Assembly: GCA_051362555.1 (NCBI GenBank) | Contig: CM120643.1 | Coordinates: 17,674,848 to 17,738,847, forward strand | Source of the DNA: Lingula anatina | Lineage: Eukaryota; Animalia; Brachiopoda | Direction of reading: 5' to 3' | DNA: 64,000 nucleotides | Part shown: positions 63,368 to 64,000 of the stretch, in pieces | Layout of the letters: every line of letters begins with the position of its first letter | Numbering within the stretch: the stretch's first letter is position 1 | Made by a program: the position numbers and the translations under genes | Notes under the pieces: generated by a model | Seen by the model: the letters and a program-made list of their open reading frames with translations, nothing else | What the model was told of the DNA's origin: nothing | Databases searched by the model: none

Positions 63368-64000
63368 ATGTACAGATGTGTCTGTACATATTGCCATCAC
63401 CTGTATCTGCCGTCGCCGCCATCACTGTCGCCGGCGCTGGCGCCGTGCACTTTCATTGTAAACATGATAAGTGGAAGGCAGTTTTACTTTTTGGCTGTAT
63501 GTTTACAGAGCTGATGAATATTCATAAAACGCAGGTCAAGTTCGAAAATCAGCATGATCGGGCCATTTTAAGGGAAGTTATGCTGTTTTTTAACTTTTCA
63601 GCATATATGCAACACTGTAAACACATTTCAAGGAAAACTGATAGGCCTGTTGTCATGAAACTCACAGGAGTAATCGATCTTATTATAACGCAGGTCAGGT
63701 TTGAAAATCGGCATGATCGGGCCACTGTTTTAGTAGTTATGCTTTTTTCTTCACTTTTCAGCGTATATGCAACACAGTAAATACAATATAAGAAAAACAG
63801 ATGGGCCAATTGTCATGAAACTCACAGGAGTGGTCATTCCTGCTAAAACGCAGGTTGAGTTCAAAAATCAGCTTAATCGGGCCATTATTTCAAAGAAATG
63901 CCGTTTTTTCACATTTCCTCAGATTCATTTCTTAGGCATGTTAACAGTTTCATTATTTAATTAATAAGATACTTAAAAGTGTTTGTTTGGCATTTCCTGC
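63368..64000 (+). mobile_element. Helentron/HINE-like element, copy B (runs off window)
   Basis: Same head with a shortened hairpin and microsatellite; 159/160-bp units at 63529, 63688 and 63848; start of the 400-bp segment at ~63910. Confidence 0.7.

Noticed and set aside
61749-63964. 171-aa and 148-aa ORFs with KTQVKFENQHD repeats as a novel protein, or the repeats as a CRISPR-like array
   Set aside because: They arise from 159-bp transposon core repeats; frames break between units, there are no unique spacers or cas genes, and the DNA is eukaryotic.

Overview
AT-rich, intron-containing animal genomic DNA, probably an invertebrate; a mollusc-like lophotrochozoan is a guess from repeat style. 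It is not prokaryotic, and most of the supplied ORFs are single exons or noise. (1) 2.0-18.5 kb is a recent head-to-tail triplication of a ~5.4 kb unit. Each unit carries an unrecognised 7-exon gene for a ~733-aa single-pass membrane protein: hydrophobic N-terminus, glycosylated helical ectodomain with two saposin-like Cys pairs, a TM helix and an acidic tail. Copies 2 and 3 are intact. Copy 1 has a nonsense codon just before the TM exon and has lost its last splice acceptor. Ectodomain exon 3 differs between copies 2 and 3 only by amino-acid-changing substitutions. (2) A compact housekeeping block follows: an FG-GAP/NERD1-like membrane protein (+, with a GC-AG intron), cathepsin A (-) head-to-head with geminin (+), and neuroguidin (-) head-to-head with EMC4 (+). 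(3) The 5' part of a large plexus/GSE1-like gene has five CxxC...FPFL...CxxC repeats, and its flanking DNA is strongly enriched in CAGGTG E-boxes. (4) There are many non-autonomous DNA transposons: 5-bp-TSD CAGG elements, Harbinger-like TAA-TSD elements, a Kolobok-like element and Helentron/HINE-like 159-bp repeat elements. Gene models were assembled by hand from splice signals and reading frame; family names come from recalled motif similarity, not database searches.
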